Source of the DNA: Lama guanicoe
Taxonomy: Eukaryota
Assembly: GCA_013239625.1 (NCBI GenBank)
Contig: MU053365.1
Coordinates: forward strand, 1,336,115 to 1,400,114
Direction of reading: 5' to 3'
Length of the DNA: 64,000 nucleotides
In this document: in pieces, positions 11,781-23,330 of the stretch
How the letters are laid out: each line of letters begins with the position of its first letter
Numbering within the stretch: position 1 is the stretch's first letter
Notes under the pieces: model-generated
Told to the model about the DNA's origin: nothing
Database searches by the model: none
The model's input: only the letters and a program-made list of their open reading frames with translations
Program-made: the position numbers and the translations under genes

Positions 11781-12174
11781 CTTACCACTCTATTCATACA
11801 GCTATTGTCCAGGTCAAATACCTTCTCAGTGGTCAATTATTATTCCTCATCATACTTGACCTATCTGTAGTATTTGATTACAGTTAACCTTTTTTCTTCC
11901 TTGAAACACTTCAACCTGGATTTCAGGACCCATGCTTTCCTGGTTTTCCATTTCCTCTGCTGATTCCTCCATAAAATCATACCGGGCTGCCCTGGACTCA
12001 GTCTTCAGATCTATTCTCTATTCAGTTCCATAGCTTGGAATACCATAGGTTAATGATTCCCAAATTTGTGTCTCCAGCCCAGAACCTCTTCCCTAATTGC
12101 CAGACTCATATATCCAATGGCATTCTTAACACCTTCACATGAAGAGCTAATGCACATCTTAAACTTAATGTCTC

Positions 12175-12540
12175 TGTTATGGACTGAATGTTTGTGTCTC
12201 CTCAGAATTCATATGTTGAAGCCTAGTCCCCAGGGTGTTGGTATTAGGAGGTGAGGACTTCTGAGAGATGATTAGGTCATGAGGGTTGAGCTCTCATGAG
12301 TGAGATTTAGTGCCCTTATAAAAGAGGCCCCAAGGACTTCCCTCGCCCCTCTGCCTTGTGAAGACACAGTAAGAAGATGGTCATCTGTAAACCAGGAGGC
12401 AGGCCCTCATCAGACACCAAATCTGCTGGCATCTTGATCTTGGACCTCCCAGCCTGCAGAACTGTGAGAAATAAATTTCTGTTGTTATAAGCCACTCAGT
12501 CTGTGATATTCTATTAGAGCAGCCTGAAATGACTAAGACA
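12175..12540 (+). mobile_element. MaLR solo LTR (MLT1A0-like), full length
   Basis: TG...CA ends (tgttatggactgaatgtttg ... gactaagaca), a TATAAAA box, and AATAAA in 'gagaaataaatttctg'. Confidence 0.93.
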
Positions 12541-13639
12541 ACATCGAAAACAGAACTCCTGATCTTCTCTCCCAGAGTGATTGATGTTCTCCTCAAATTT
12601 GACCAATCTGTACATTTTTTAAAGTCAGGAAATGGCAAGGCCATTATTCTAGCTGCATAGGCCAGGATAGTATTGGAGTTATTCTCGACTCTTTTTTTTT
12701 TTTACCTCTCTCACATCCCACGTCCAGTGTGTCAGCAAATCCTGTGTCTCTAGTGCAAAATTCAACCACTTCTTCCCAACTGGACCACTTTGGTTTAAGC
12801 TTCCACCATCTTCCTTCTGGATTATTGTAATAGTATGTTAATTTATCTCCCTTATTTCACACTCATCTTTTAAAACTTTAAGTCAGATCGTATCAATCTC
12901 CTGCTCCAAAGCCTCCAGTAGTTAACAATCATAATCAGGGTACAATGGCCTACAAGACATCTGTTACTTCTCCTAAAAATAAGTTTTTCGTATCATTACT
13001 GACTACTTCCACCTTACTCTACTCCAGCTTTTTTGATCTCTGCTTCCTTTGTCTGATTTTTCTCTCTAGCTTTTATCGTTATCTGTGATGCTATTTTACC
13101 CAGTAATTTATCTTTCCTTCTTTCTACTAGACAGTGAGCTTTGCAAGGTCAAAAATCTTTGTTTTTTAGTTCACTAGTGTATCTCCAGTACCCAGTACAG
13201 TGCCTGGCACATAGCAGCTGATTTGTAAATATAAATATTTATTGAATGATTGTATAAACTACCAGCTAGCCATATGTGTATTTTTTTCATGTGCATTAAT
13301 CTAGAAGTGAGGATCTGGTTGGCCTAGTGAATTATCATCGCAACTTTATACATTGCTGGTTAATCTGTTGGTTGTTTCAGGGCCTACTTTTGGTCTAATC
13401 AATGGGTAGAGGCTAGGGCCTTCTTTCCTCAGAAGAGGCCTGCAGCTAGGTTCTGTCTATTACTGTTAGGTGGGATGAAGATAGTATATACAGTAGGCTG
13501 TGGCATGGACTGGATACTCTGGAAGAAGATGGGCTTAATGTATTGCCCTGTAAGATTTTAGATTATGATCTTAATTTCCAGGTCAGCTTAAATGATTTAA
13601 CTCCTACTTACTTCCACTTGAGGATGGGTTTTTAACTAT

Positions 13640-13800
13640 ACAGATTGGGAAATGAACAGATGTATATGGAAGTTGGGGATACAAGCAATGTGATCTCAGA
13701 AAAATCATTTAACCTCTGATCTTCAGTTTCTTTCTGTCTAAAATAAGGGATAATCACAGCATTTCCCTCATAGGATTGATATGAGAATTAAATGAGTGTA
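13640..13800 (+). mobile_element. MIR SINE
   Basis: Core 'catttaacctctgatcttcagtttctttctgtctaaaataagggataat...cataggattgatatgagaattaaatgag'. Confidence 0.75.
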
Positions 13801-14559
13801 TATATGAGCACACATCTCTATCTTATTTAATTGCTTAGCACATTGTTATCATTATTATTTGGTTAGCACATCGTTATTATTGTTAGCAGTAGCAGCATTT
13901 TTATATCTTGGGACTGGGTTCCTTTCAATTAATGAAAAAGTTGTCTAAGAGTGAGAATACCTCCATTCTAGGAGAAGTAAGCTGTAACTGTCAGTATGGG
14001 TTTATTGACAGTATGGGTTTATTAACATATCCAGAATTCCATTCGTTTCACAGAGGGTATGTGAGTTTTAAATGTATATTGGACAAAATTTGAGGTGTGA
14101 CTTATAAGTGTAATAAAAATTTGAGTTCCTCCTGTGGATTTCCTCCTAGCCTCTACTTAACCATTCTTTCAGGAGAGACTGTTTGATTGATTTGTTTCCT
14201 AAAAGGTAATCTCTTTTAAGAATTGGGGCCATGTCTCTTGACTTTCTATTCCCAGTGTCTGGCATTTGTTTGATGAGTGCAAAAGAACAAATAGTTGCAT
14301 CTTAGGTTTGTGAGTATGTGAACTAGTCCAAGAAATGATCTGTGTGCTGTTATGTGTGAAAACATGTGCTTGTGTGTGTGAACATTTGTGTATGATTTCA
14401 TGTGTTGTATGAAATTAGACAGTAACTTCTGTGAGGGAAGTGAGTGTCTGTTTTCTTTCCTACGCTCAGTAGCTGTGGCAGTAAAGTGCCCAGCACTTGG
14501 TAAGGCCCTGAATAAATACTTCTTGAATGAAAGAAGCGTTACAAGCAGTATCAAAGAGT

Positions 14560-14775
14560 AGATGTGGGACTTATTGTCAGCCAGAACAACTTACATGCTC
14601 TGGGACTGTGGAGAAATTACTTAACTTTTATCTAAGATTTGGATTCCTCATAAGTTAAAAGAGGGATACTAATAATATATATCTCATGGGGTTGTGGTGG
14701 AGATGGAAGAATTGAAGAATGCAAAGTGCTTAGCACAATGTTTGGCAAAAATTAAGGACTTAATAGAAGTTAGTT
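14560..14775 (+). mobile_element. MIR SINE
   Basis: 'ttacttaacttt...ttcctcat...ctcatggggttgtggtg...gcaaagtgcttagcacaatg'. Confidence 0.7.
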
Positions 14776-14849
14776 GTTGTAACCGCTGCTTCTGCTGCTG
14801 TTATTAGCATAATGCCTGTAATGGTCCAGAGTAAATATGTGTAGTTTTG

Positions 14850-15272
14850 GCTTTTGGAGGATGGAATCCATTGGGGAAATGCTAAGCTATGTTACAGTAA
14901 TAAGTTAGCTCTGAAAGTGTAATGACTTAACATAAAAGGCTTTATTTCCTGCATGTATTGTCTAATGTAAGTCAAGTGACTCTGCTGGGCAGCTCTGCTC
15001 CATGAAGTGGCTTAGCAATCAAGCTGTCCATTTTCTGACTCTATCACCTCAGCATGTCTTCCATAATGAGGCATGGTTGGAGAGCTGGAGGATTATGCCG
15101 AGGCTTTTAAATTCTTGAGCCTGAAAATGGCACCCATCACTTCTGCTCAAATTTCTTTCACTAAAACTAGTTCACATGCTCCTCCCTTAATGTAAGATGA
15201 ATGAGAAATGCATTCTTCTATGCACCTTGGAGGAAGAACTGGATTTGGATGAACTTCATGTCTTATCCACAC
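14850..15272 (-). mobile_element. MaLR LTR (older MLT1K/L-like)
   Basis: 'ctaagctatgttacagtaataag', 'catcacttctgctcaaattt...actagttcacatg' and 'tgagaaatgcattcttcta'. Confidence 0.65.
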
Positions 15273-15534
15273 AGACTATGCTATTATGAGGCAGTCATTA
15301 ATTAATCACTTACTCATTGATGATTAATGATGATATTTAACCTCTTGTAAAAATGTGTGAATAGCTTTGGTTGTTGTTGCAATTGATCTTTGAAAACTTG
15401 CCTGACCTTCATGCCTGAAACTAAGATTTCAATATTCTATTCATATGACTAGAGGACATCCTAACTTTCTATCTAGGACTGCCACATTATGTAGATTTAG
15501 CAATGAACAACTAAATGTTCAGCAATTGACTTTC

Positions 15535-16145
15535 TTTTTTTTTTAACATTTTTTATTGAGTTATAATAATTTTACAATGTTGTGTCAAATTCCAGTGTAG
15601 AGCACAATTTTTCAGTTATACATGAACATACATATATTCATTGTGACTTTTTTTCCTCTGTGAGCTACCATAAGATCTTGTATATATTTCCCTGTGCCAT
15701 ACAGTATAATCTTGTTTATCTATTCTACATTTTGAAATCCCAGTCTGTCCCTTCCCACCTCCCGCCCCCTTGGCAACCACAAGTTTGTATTCTATGTCTA
15801 TGAGTCTGTTTCTATTTTGTATTTATGCTTTGTTTGTTTGTTTGTTTGTTTTAGATTGCACATGTGAGCGATCTCATATGGTACCTTTCTTTCTCTTTCT
15901 GGCTTACTTCACTTAGAATGCCATTCTCCAGGGACATCCATGTTGCTGCAAATGGCATTATGTTGTCGGTTTTTGTGGCTGAATAGTATTCCATTGTATA
16001 AATATACCACCACTTCTTTATCCAGTCATCTGCTGATGGACATTTAGGCTGTTTCCATGTCTTGGCTATTGTAAATAGTGCTGCTATGAACATTGGGGTG
16101 CAGGTGTCATTTTGAAGTAGGGTTCCTTCTGGATATATGCCCAGG
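15535..16145 (-). mobile_element. 5'-truncated young LINE-1 (ORF2 C-terminus plus 3' UTR)
   Basis: ORF 15851-16150 is the L1 ORF2 C-terminus (TCTPMFIAALFTIAKTW...WYIYTMEYY). Poly-T on the left. Perfect 14-bp TSD AGCAATTGACTTTC at 15521-15534 and 16146-16159. Confidence 0.97.
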
Positions 16146-16389
16146 AGCAATTGACTTTCATATAGATTTACCTTTCGAAGTTTTTATTCTCACATTTTGA
16201 CCTCTGTATATTCTTTACTTACTTGCGAGCTTATTGATACATTTAAAATATATAGTTTTATATTTTATTCATCCAGCATTATTTTTTACTTTAAGAAGAA
16301 GGGTTATTCAGGGTATCTAGTCCACCATATAGCTAGCACTCAAAGAATTCACATAGATTAAAATTTGAAGAAATGTGAGTTCACAGAAG

Positions 16390-17960
16390 AAACCTCAAAA
16401 CACACTAAAAATTAAGGCACCATGAGCAAAAGCCACATGAAATGGCAGAAGGGCCAGAAACAAACAAACAAAAAACTTTAGATACTGGAATTATCAGACA
16501 CCAAACTTAAAATTATATTTATTATACTTGAATATATTAAATAAAAGATTAAAATATGAGCATATTTTAAGATTATAAAAGTTATCAAGAATCTTTGAAC
16601 AGTGAAATAATTTATAGTAATAAAAATATAATTGAAATTCAACTCAATACAGTTAATGAATACATGTAAAATTAAATTAATATATTAATTAACAAATTGG
16701 AATATCTGAAAAAATTTATTGATTTTTCCTTTGGGCAATGGTGGACTAGGTCATTCACGCCTACCTTTTTTTTAAGATAATGTTTATGTTAATCCACCTC
16801 TTAAAATTGTCTTCTTAAAAGCATGAAAGAGTTAAAAACACAATAAAGAATTGCCATGCCAAGATACGGGAGAAGACAGAAAAATAGGGAAGTGGCCTGC
16901 CATTCAAGACAGCTCCTTTCCCTGGGAGAGTTTGCTGATTTGGAATAAATAACTGAGGTGCTAAATCTCTTTTTAAAAGCTTTTCAGGTCTAGGGGCCAA
17001 AAGTTTGGTGTACAGAATCTAACAAAGGTAGAGGTCAGGCAAACTACATCATTCTTTAGGCCAGGGGTTGGCAAACTTTTCTCTGCAAAGAGCCAGAGAA
17101 TAATATCTTTGCAGACCACATATAGTCTCTAACTCATCTTGTCCTTTCATTTTTTTTTCAATCCTTTAAAGATGTGAAAAATGTTCTTAACTCATGGATC
17201 ATGCAAAAGTAGGCCATGTGCTGGAACTGGTTTGCCAGCCATATTTGATCTGTGGGCTGTAGTTTGATCACCCCTTCTTTAGACTGAGAACATGGAAAGA
17301 AACATCCTAGGAGTAATGGTAAGCTGGAAAGATAATGGCACTTGCACAGATGGCAATCAGCTTTGTGTCACCTGGACAGCCCAGAAAATCTCAAGACCTA
17401 AAACTGAATTAAGGTGATCTCATGTTCAAGTATTTGAAGGCACCTGGCAGAAACAAATGAAGAACTTTTCTAGAGGAAGATATCATCATCTCCCAAATAA
17501 ATTAAGGTCTACATATAACTTTTGAAATTTAATGTTCAATATTCAATGAAATATCACTAGACACAATAGCAAACAAGACAATATAAATATGAAACAGGAC
17601 AAAGAATAGAAAATAGAAACAGGACTCCCATCTTACATTTCAAGATGGGTTTTTCACTATACAGATTTATATAGTTAAAACTTATATGTTCCTTTAGATG
17701 AGACCAACTTAAAAAATCTCTGAAGAGGACTGGAAAGTATAAAATTGACAAAGATTTGAAAGAGAACCAAATAGAAATTCTAGAACAGAAAAAAAAAACA
17801 GTAAGTGAAATCACATTCTACCATTGTGGATTTAACAGCTGAGAAGATAATTTGTGAATGAAATAGACAATAATTCAGAAGAAATAATCTAAAATGAAAA
17901 ATACAGAAAGAATGGAAAATATAGAACAGAGGGTAGGCGATAGAGGACACAATCTTTGGC
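16390..17960 (+). mobile_element. Ancient L1M/HAL1-like 5' and ORF1 fragments
   Basis: A-rich degenerate ORF1-like stretches ('tagatactggaattatcagacac', 'agagaaccaaatagaaattctagaac...ttcagaagaaataatctaaaatg'), present twice and split by a MER58. Confidence 0.5.
17062..17276 (+). mobile_element. hAT-Charlie MITE (MER58C-like)
   Basis: Terminal inverted repeats (TIRs) CAGGGGTTGGCAAACT / AGTTTGATCACCCCTT. 8-bp TSD CTTTAGGC (17054-17061) / CTTTAGAC (17277-17284). Confidence 0.88.
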
Positions 17961-18019
17961 CATCTAGATTATGTGGGGCCACATGTGAAAGGTTTTCTTC
18001 TTTATAGAGATCTGTATTA

Positions 18020-18295
18020 AAAGGATTCCCCTCCCTTTCCCTCCTATTTTGCTTTGAATCTTGTTATGTGAATGTCTGGAGCTGCAGGAGACATCTTGTG
18101 ACCAAGAAGTAACAAGGCTGAGGATGGTGGAATAGAATGATAAAAAGGGCTTGATTTATGGATTATGTCTTTGAGTACTCAAACAAATCCTGGGACTGGC
18201 TTCCATTAGATTTCTTATTCAGTAAACAGTACGTATCTTATACAGCCATTGTGGGTCAGAGTTCTGTTACTTACACCCAAAAACATCACACACTG
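18020..18295 (+). mobile_element. MaLR LTR 3' fragment (MLT1J-like)
   Basis: 'tgtctggagctgcaggagacatcttgtgacc...gggtcagagttctgttacttacacccaaaaacatc'. Confidence 0.65.
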
Positions 18296-18589
18296 AACAA
18301 CTTTTTCTTTTTTAAAAATCAAGACATTTCTTATTTTTAGAAAATAGTCATCTTATTTGTCATAATTTTCTCACAATAGTAAGGTTATTTTAATCACAAT
18401 TGTTGAGTTTCCTCAGTTTTTTTCTCAGTCTTTTTAAAAATCTGATTATACTAGTAATCCAGGTTCATTGAAGAACAGTTTTATTATTCAGAGAAGTATA
18501 GTGAAGAAAATTGGAAATACATGATCTCACCACCTAGACATACCTACTGTTAAAATTTGTTTCCTTTTCAATATCATTTTGAAATTTTA

Positions 18590-18880
18590 CTTTTATCAGT
18601 TTTATATACTATATAAATATATAATATATGTATTTATTATGCAATTTATAGCATATGTAGTTAATTTATAATATATTATATATAATATAAATAAAACTGA
18701 TAAAATAATTTACATGAATTTAAATGAAATTAATAAAATAATAAAATAAATAAATAACACTCAATATTTTATATTATATGAATATAAATGTATATATTAT
18801 ATAAAATAAATATTTGTATTAATATGTTACATATTTCTATACTTATAGTTTAAAAATCAAATAGTTCTATAAATTATATA
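18590..18880. repeat. AT-rich low-complexity tract containing an imperfect palindrome
   Basis: Almost entirely A/T. 15-bp perfect inverted arms at 18591-18605 and 18691-18705. Confidence 0.85.
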
Positions 18881-19954
18881 GAGATAACAGTCAGCTATCC
18901 AGTGTTCCTAATCCCCATTACCATTTCCCAGATGCAGTTAACTTAAACATTTTCAGCTGTTTCTTATCATATGTATCTCCATGTATATAAATAACATATG
19001 ATATTCCTATTTCTTTGTAATGTAGTTTCATATATTCTCCTTTACTTCCAAATATGAACAAAGAGAATTCAGCTTTGTTACATAGCTTGCAGACTTCCCA
19101 GCGTAATACATATCTCTTATCCCATCATTCCAATGTGGTTGTATTACAATTACATTTAATTCCATAGTCACTTTTTACCTTATTACTATTATAGAAATTT
19201 TGATAGCTAATTTAGTATATTATATATCCTTCCTATATAACTCTCTAATCTCCATGGATTTGATAATTCTCTTTTTTCTCTTATTGCTTATATTATCTCT
19301 CACTATTGAAACATCATATTCTCTTAGGAGATATGTACATCTCCTTTCAGTAGCTTCCCCCCAAATATTCAAAGCAATAAACTTCTGCAAACTCACATTT
19401 TGGAAAAGTGCCTACTTTCTATCACTTTGCTTTACTGTTATATATTTTAGGAGATTTCCTCAAATTTATCTTTTGATCATTCTATTGATTTTTAAACTTT
19501 CTGCTACCATATTTTAATTTCCTAAAGCTATTTTCTGTATAGTTCTTACAGTATCTTATTTTTGGTTTTGTTTTAAAATTTTCTATTGTTTCCTGTATTT
19601 TCTCTGTTTTTCTCATCTCCCTTTTTGATATGTTATTCTTTTGCCTGATTTTTTCCTGTAGGAGCTGCTTCTCATATATATAGTGTTACTCAGTTGTCCT
19701 TTGATAGCACTGTGGGTATCTCTGCTCAGGATGTTGTTTTTCCTGAATCGCCTCTTCCTTTAATGTTTTAATCCTTCACTCTGACTAATCTTTCAAATTC
19801 CAGAGTTTCTCTGGATCAGCTTCTCCACAGTATACTTCTGTCAGCATAGTAAGGACTTCTCAATCAGACTTGGAATGAATCCTTCTGTTTTTTGGAACCA
19901 TACACACTCTGCTGTCAGTGATATCTCCTATCTCTAATTCCTGGGCTTTTCCAG

Positions 19955-20090
19955 GGTTGTTTACCAGTTTATTATAAAAGATATTAAAAAGGATACAGAT
20001 GAATAGCCAGATGAAGAGGTCTGGAATGGTCTCTAGCACAAAAGCACAAAAGCTTCTGTCCCCATGGAACTGAGGTGCATGAAGCTCATG
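19955..20090 (-). mobile_element. MER21-family LTR fragment
   Basis: 'ccagtttattataaaagatatt...ggatacagatgaatagccagatgaagag...gcttctgtccccatgga'. Confidence 0.7.
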
Positions 20091-21192
20091 AACAACTTCC
20101 TTTTTATGAATGGGAAGTTCCATATCTATGGATATGGATATATATATATATTATTTTTTTTACTTATTTTGAATTTCTGATACTATAAAAAGGTGGAAGA
20201 AAAACAGACATCAGTAGGCAAATGGCTGAATAAAATGTTATACCTAAATTATGGAATATTATGTAGCCATTAAGAAAACAATTTGAAGGGATTTCTACAC
20301 AGTATTGTTGAGTGAAAATAGCAAGATGCTGAAGATGACATTTAATACAACCTTATCTTTGTAAAACAATCACCAAGAGAACAGATCCTGTGTATGAGAT
20401 GTATGCATAAGGATGTGTCTGTATAGAACTATGAGTGTGGGAAAATATGGATGATGGATTAAATTTGGGGTGGTTAAAGTGGATTGTCTTCCTGTAGGTG
20501 TGGAGTGGTGCTGGGGATCATATGGAGTGAGGGGGAGAGAAGGAGATGTGGAGAGCCAAGTTATAAAAAAATCATCATCATAATGGAAATATATCTTGTC
20601 TGCATCCTACCCGTCTGGCAGATATCAGATTTAGAATTCTTGTTTCAATTTCCATTTTGCTATAGCAACAGTCAACTAATGGAAGGACTTTACTGAGTTA
20701 GTTAATATTGGGTGACACCTCAAAATATCGCCTTCTGTTTGGAAGACATTGGCCACATATTGGATTGCTAATTCCATAAATGAGGGCTATAAATAGGAAC
20801 TGGGGTTGTAGTTAAGCATATCAGAGAAAAACATGTGGGGTGTATAAATTATGTTCTTTAAATACAGTTGAAATTTTGTAACTCAAAATTATTTATTCAG
20901 TAGACTAAGTAACTAATGAATAATAGTTTCCTATAAACTCTGAAATTCTACTCTCCTAGGTCCCAGTTCTTTGACTAGATTTGTACATTAAGTACTAAGA
21001 AATGAAAGAAGGAAAATAACATTTAATGCCTTTGGACGCTGGACCCCAAATCTGCACCATGGGCTCATTTGTTAACATGATCTAAACATGGAAAGAGCCT
21101 AGCTCTGAAGTCTGCCACAGGACAGAAGCATGGTGATCCTTCTAGCAAGGGCACCCTAATCAAAGAATGCACCAGACAAATCTGGTGTGTAG

Positions 21193-23330
21193 AAAGGCTT
21201 AATTTCCAGAATATATAAATCTCATTCAACTTAATAACAAAAAAACCCCAAACAGCTCAATCCAAAAATGGTCAGAACACCTAAACAAGCAATTTCCCAA
21301 TGAAGATATACAAATGGCCAATAGGCAAATGAAAAAATGCTCGATATCACTAATTATAAGAGAAATGCAAATCAAAACTACAATGAGGTATCATCTCACA
21401 CCAGTCAGAATAGCCATCATTTAAAAGTCCACAAACAGTAATTGCTGGAGAGGGTGTGGAGAAAAGGGAACTCTCCTACACTGCTGATGGGAATGTAGTT
21501 TGGTGCAGCTATTATGGAAAAATAATATGGAGAGTCCTCAAAAAACTAAAAATAAAAAGCAAGAATAAACAAATGGGACTGAATTAAACTTACAAGCTTC
21601 TGCACAGCAAAGGAAACCATAAATAAAACATAAAGACAACCTACAGAATGGGGGAAAATTTTTGCAAATGAAACTGACAAAGGCTTGATCTCCAGAATAT
21701 ATAAGCAGCTCATACAACTTAATAAGAAAAAAACAAACAACCCAATCCAAAAATGGGCAGAAGACCTAAACAAGCAATTCTCCAAGGAAGACATACAGAT
21801 GATCAATAGGCACATGAAAAAATGTTCAATATCACTAATTATCAGAGAAATGCAAATCAAAAACTACAATGAAGTATCACCTCACAGCAGTCAGAATGGC
21901 CATCATTCAAAAATCCACAAATGACAAATGTTGGAGAGGCTGTGGAGAAAAGGCAACCCTCCTACACTGCTGGCGGAATGCAGCTTGGTGCAGCCACTGT
22001 GGTAAACAGTATGGAGAGTCCTCAAAAGACTAGGAATAGATTTACCAGATGACCCAGGAATCCCACTCCTGGGCATATATCCAGAAGGAACCCTACTTCA
22101 GGATGACACCTGCACCCCAATGTTCATAGCAGCACTATTTACAATAGCCAAGACATGGAGACAGCCTAAATGTCCATCAACAGATGACTGGATAAAGAAG
22201 AAGTGGTATATTTATACAATGGAATACTATTCAGCTATAAAAAACGACAACATAATGCCATTTGCAGCAACATGGATGTCCCTGGAGAATGGCATTCTAA
22301 GTGAAGTAAGCCAGAAAGAGAAAGAAAAATATCATATGAGATTGCGCATATGTGGAATCTAAAAACAAAACAAAACAAAACATAAATACAAAACAGAAAC
22401 AGACTCATAGACATAGAATACAGACTTGTGGTTGCCAAGGGGGTGGGAGGTGGGAAGGGACAGACTGGGATTTCAAAATGTAGAATAGATAAACAAAATT
22501 GATTATACTGTATGGCACAGGGAAATATATACAAGATCTTATGGTAGCTCACAGAGGAAGAAAAGTCACAATGAATATATGTATGTTCATGTATAACTGA
22601 AAAATTGTGCTCTACACTGGAATTTGACACAACATTGTAAAATTATTATAAATCAATGAAAAACGTTTAAAAAAAACTAAAAATTGACTTACCATATGAT
22701 CCAGCACTTCCGCTCCTAGGCATATATCCAGAAGGAACTCTAATTCAAAAAGATACATGCACCTCAGTGTTCATAGCAGCACTACATACAATAGGCAAGA
22801 CATAGAAGCAACCTAAATGTCCATCAACAGATGACTGGATAAAGTAGTTGTGGTATATTTACACAATGGAATACTACTCTGCCATAAAAAAGAATAAAAT
22901 AATGCCATTTGCAGCAACATGGATGGACCTGGAGATCATCACTCTAAGTGAAGTAAGCCAGAAAGAGAAAGAAAATACCACATGATATCACTTATATGTG
23001 GAATGTAAAAAAGAAAAGGACACTATGAACTCATCCACAAAACGGAAAGAGACTTGCAGACTTAGTAAACAATCTTGTGGTTACCGGGAAAAGGGGGTGG
23101 GTGGAGATAAATTTGTGAGTTTGAGATTTACAAATTCTAACCACTGAATATAAAAATAGATTTTAAAAACTTTCTTTTGTATAGCAGAGGGAACTATGTT
23201 CACTATCTTGTAATAATCTTTAATTGAAAAAAATATGAAAACGAATATGTGTATGCATATGCATGACTGGGACATTGTGCCATACACCAGAAACGGACAC
23301 ATTGTAATTGACTATATTTCAGTAAAAAAA
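21193..23330 (+). mobile_element. 5'-truncated LINE-1 (intermediate-age subfamily), split by a nested younger L1
   Basis: ORF2 C-terminal sequence 21193-21553 resumes at 22685 ('tgacttaccatatgatccagca...'). Its 3' UTR ends 'gactatatttcagtaaaaaaa' and matches the element at 58192-58659. Confidence 0.93.
21554..22670 (+). mobile_element. Nested young LINE-1, 5'-truncated
   Basis: Homologous to 995-1912 and 15535-16145. ORF 22120-22362 is the ORF2 C-terminus. 14-bp TSD AAAAAACTAAAAAT at 21540-21553 and 22671-22684. Confidence 0.95.

Larger units (their letters stand above)
11080..13255 (+). mobile_element. Long L2 LINE remnant, interrupted by an L1 3' UTR and an MLT1A LTR
   Basis: Collinear L2 ORF2/3' motifs: 'catacttgacctatctgtagtatttga', 'tgtgtctccagcccagaacctct', 'ctactagacagtgagctttgc', 'cagtgcctggcacatagcag...tattgaatga'. 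Confidence 0.88.
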
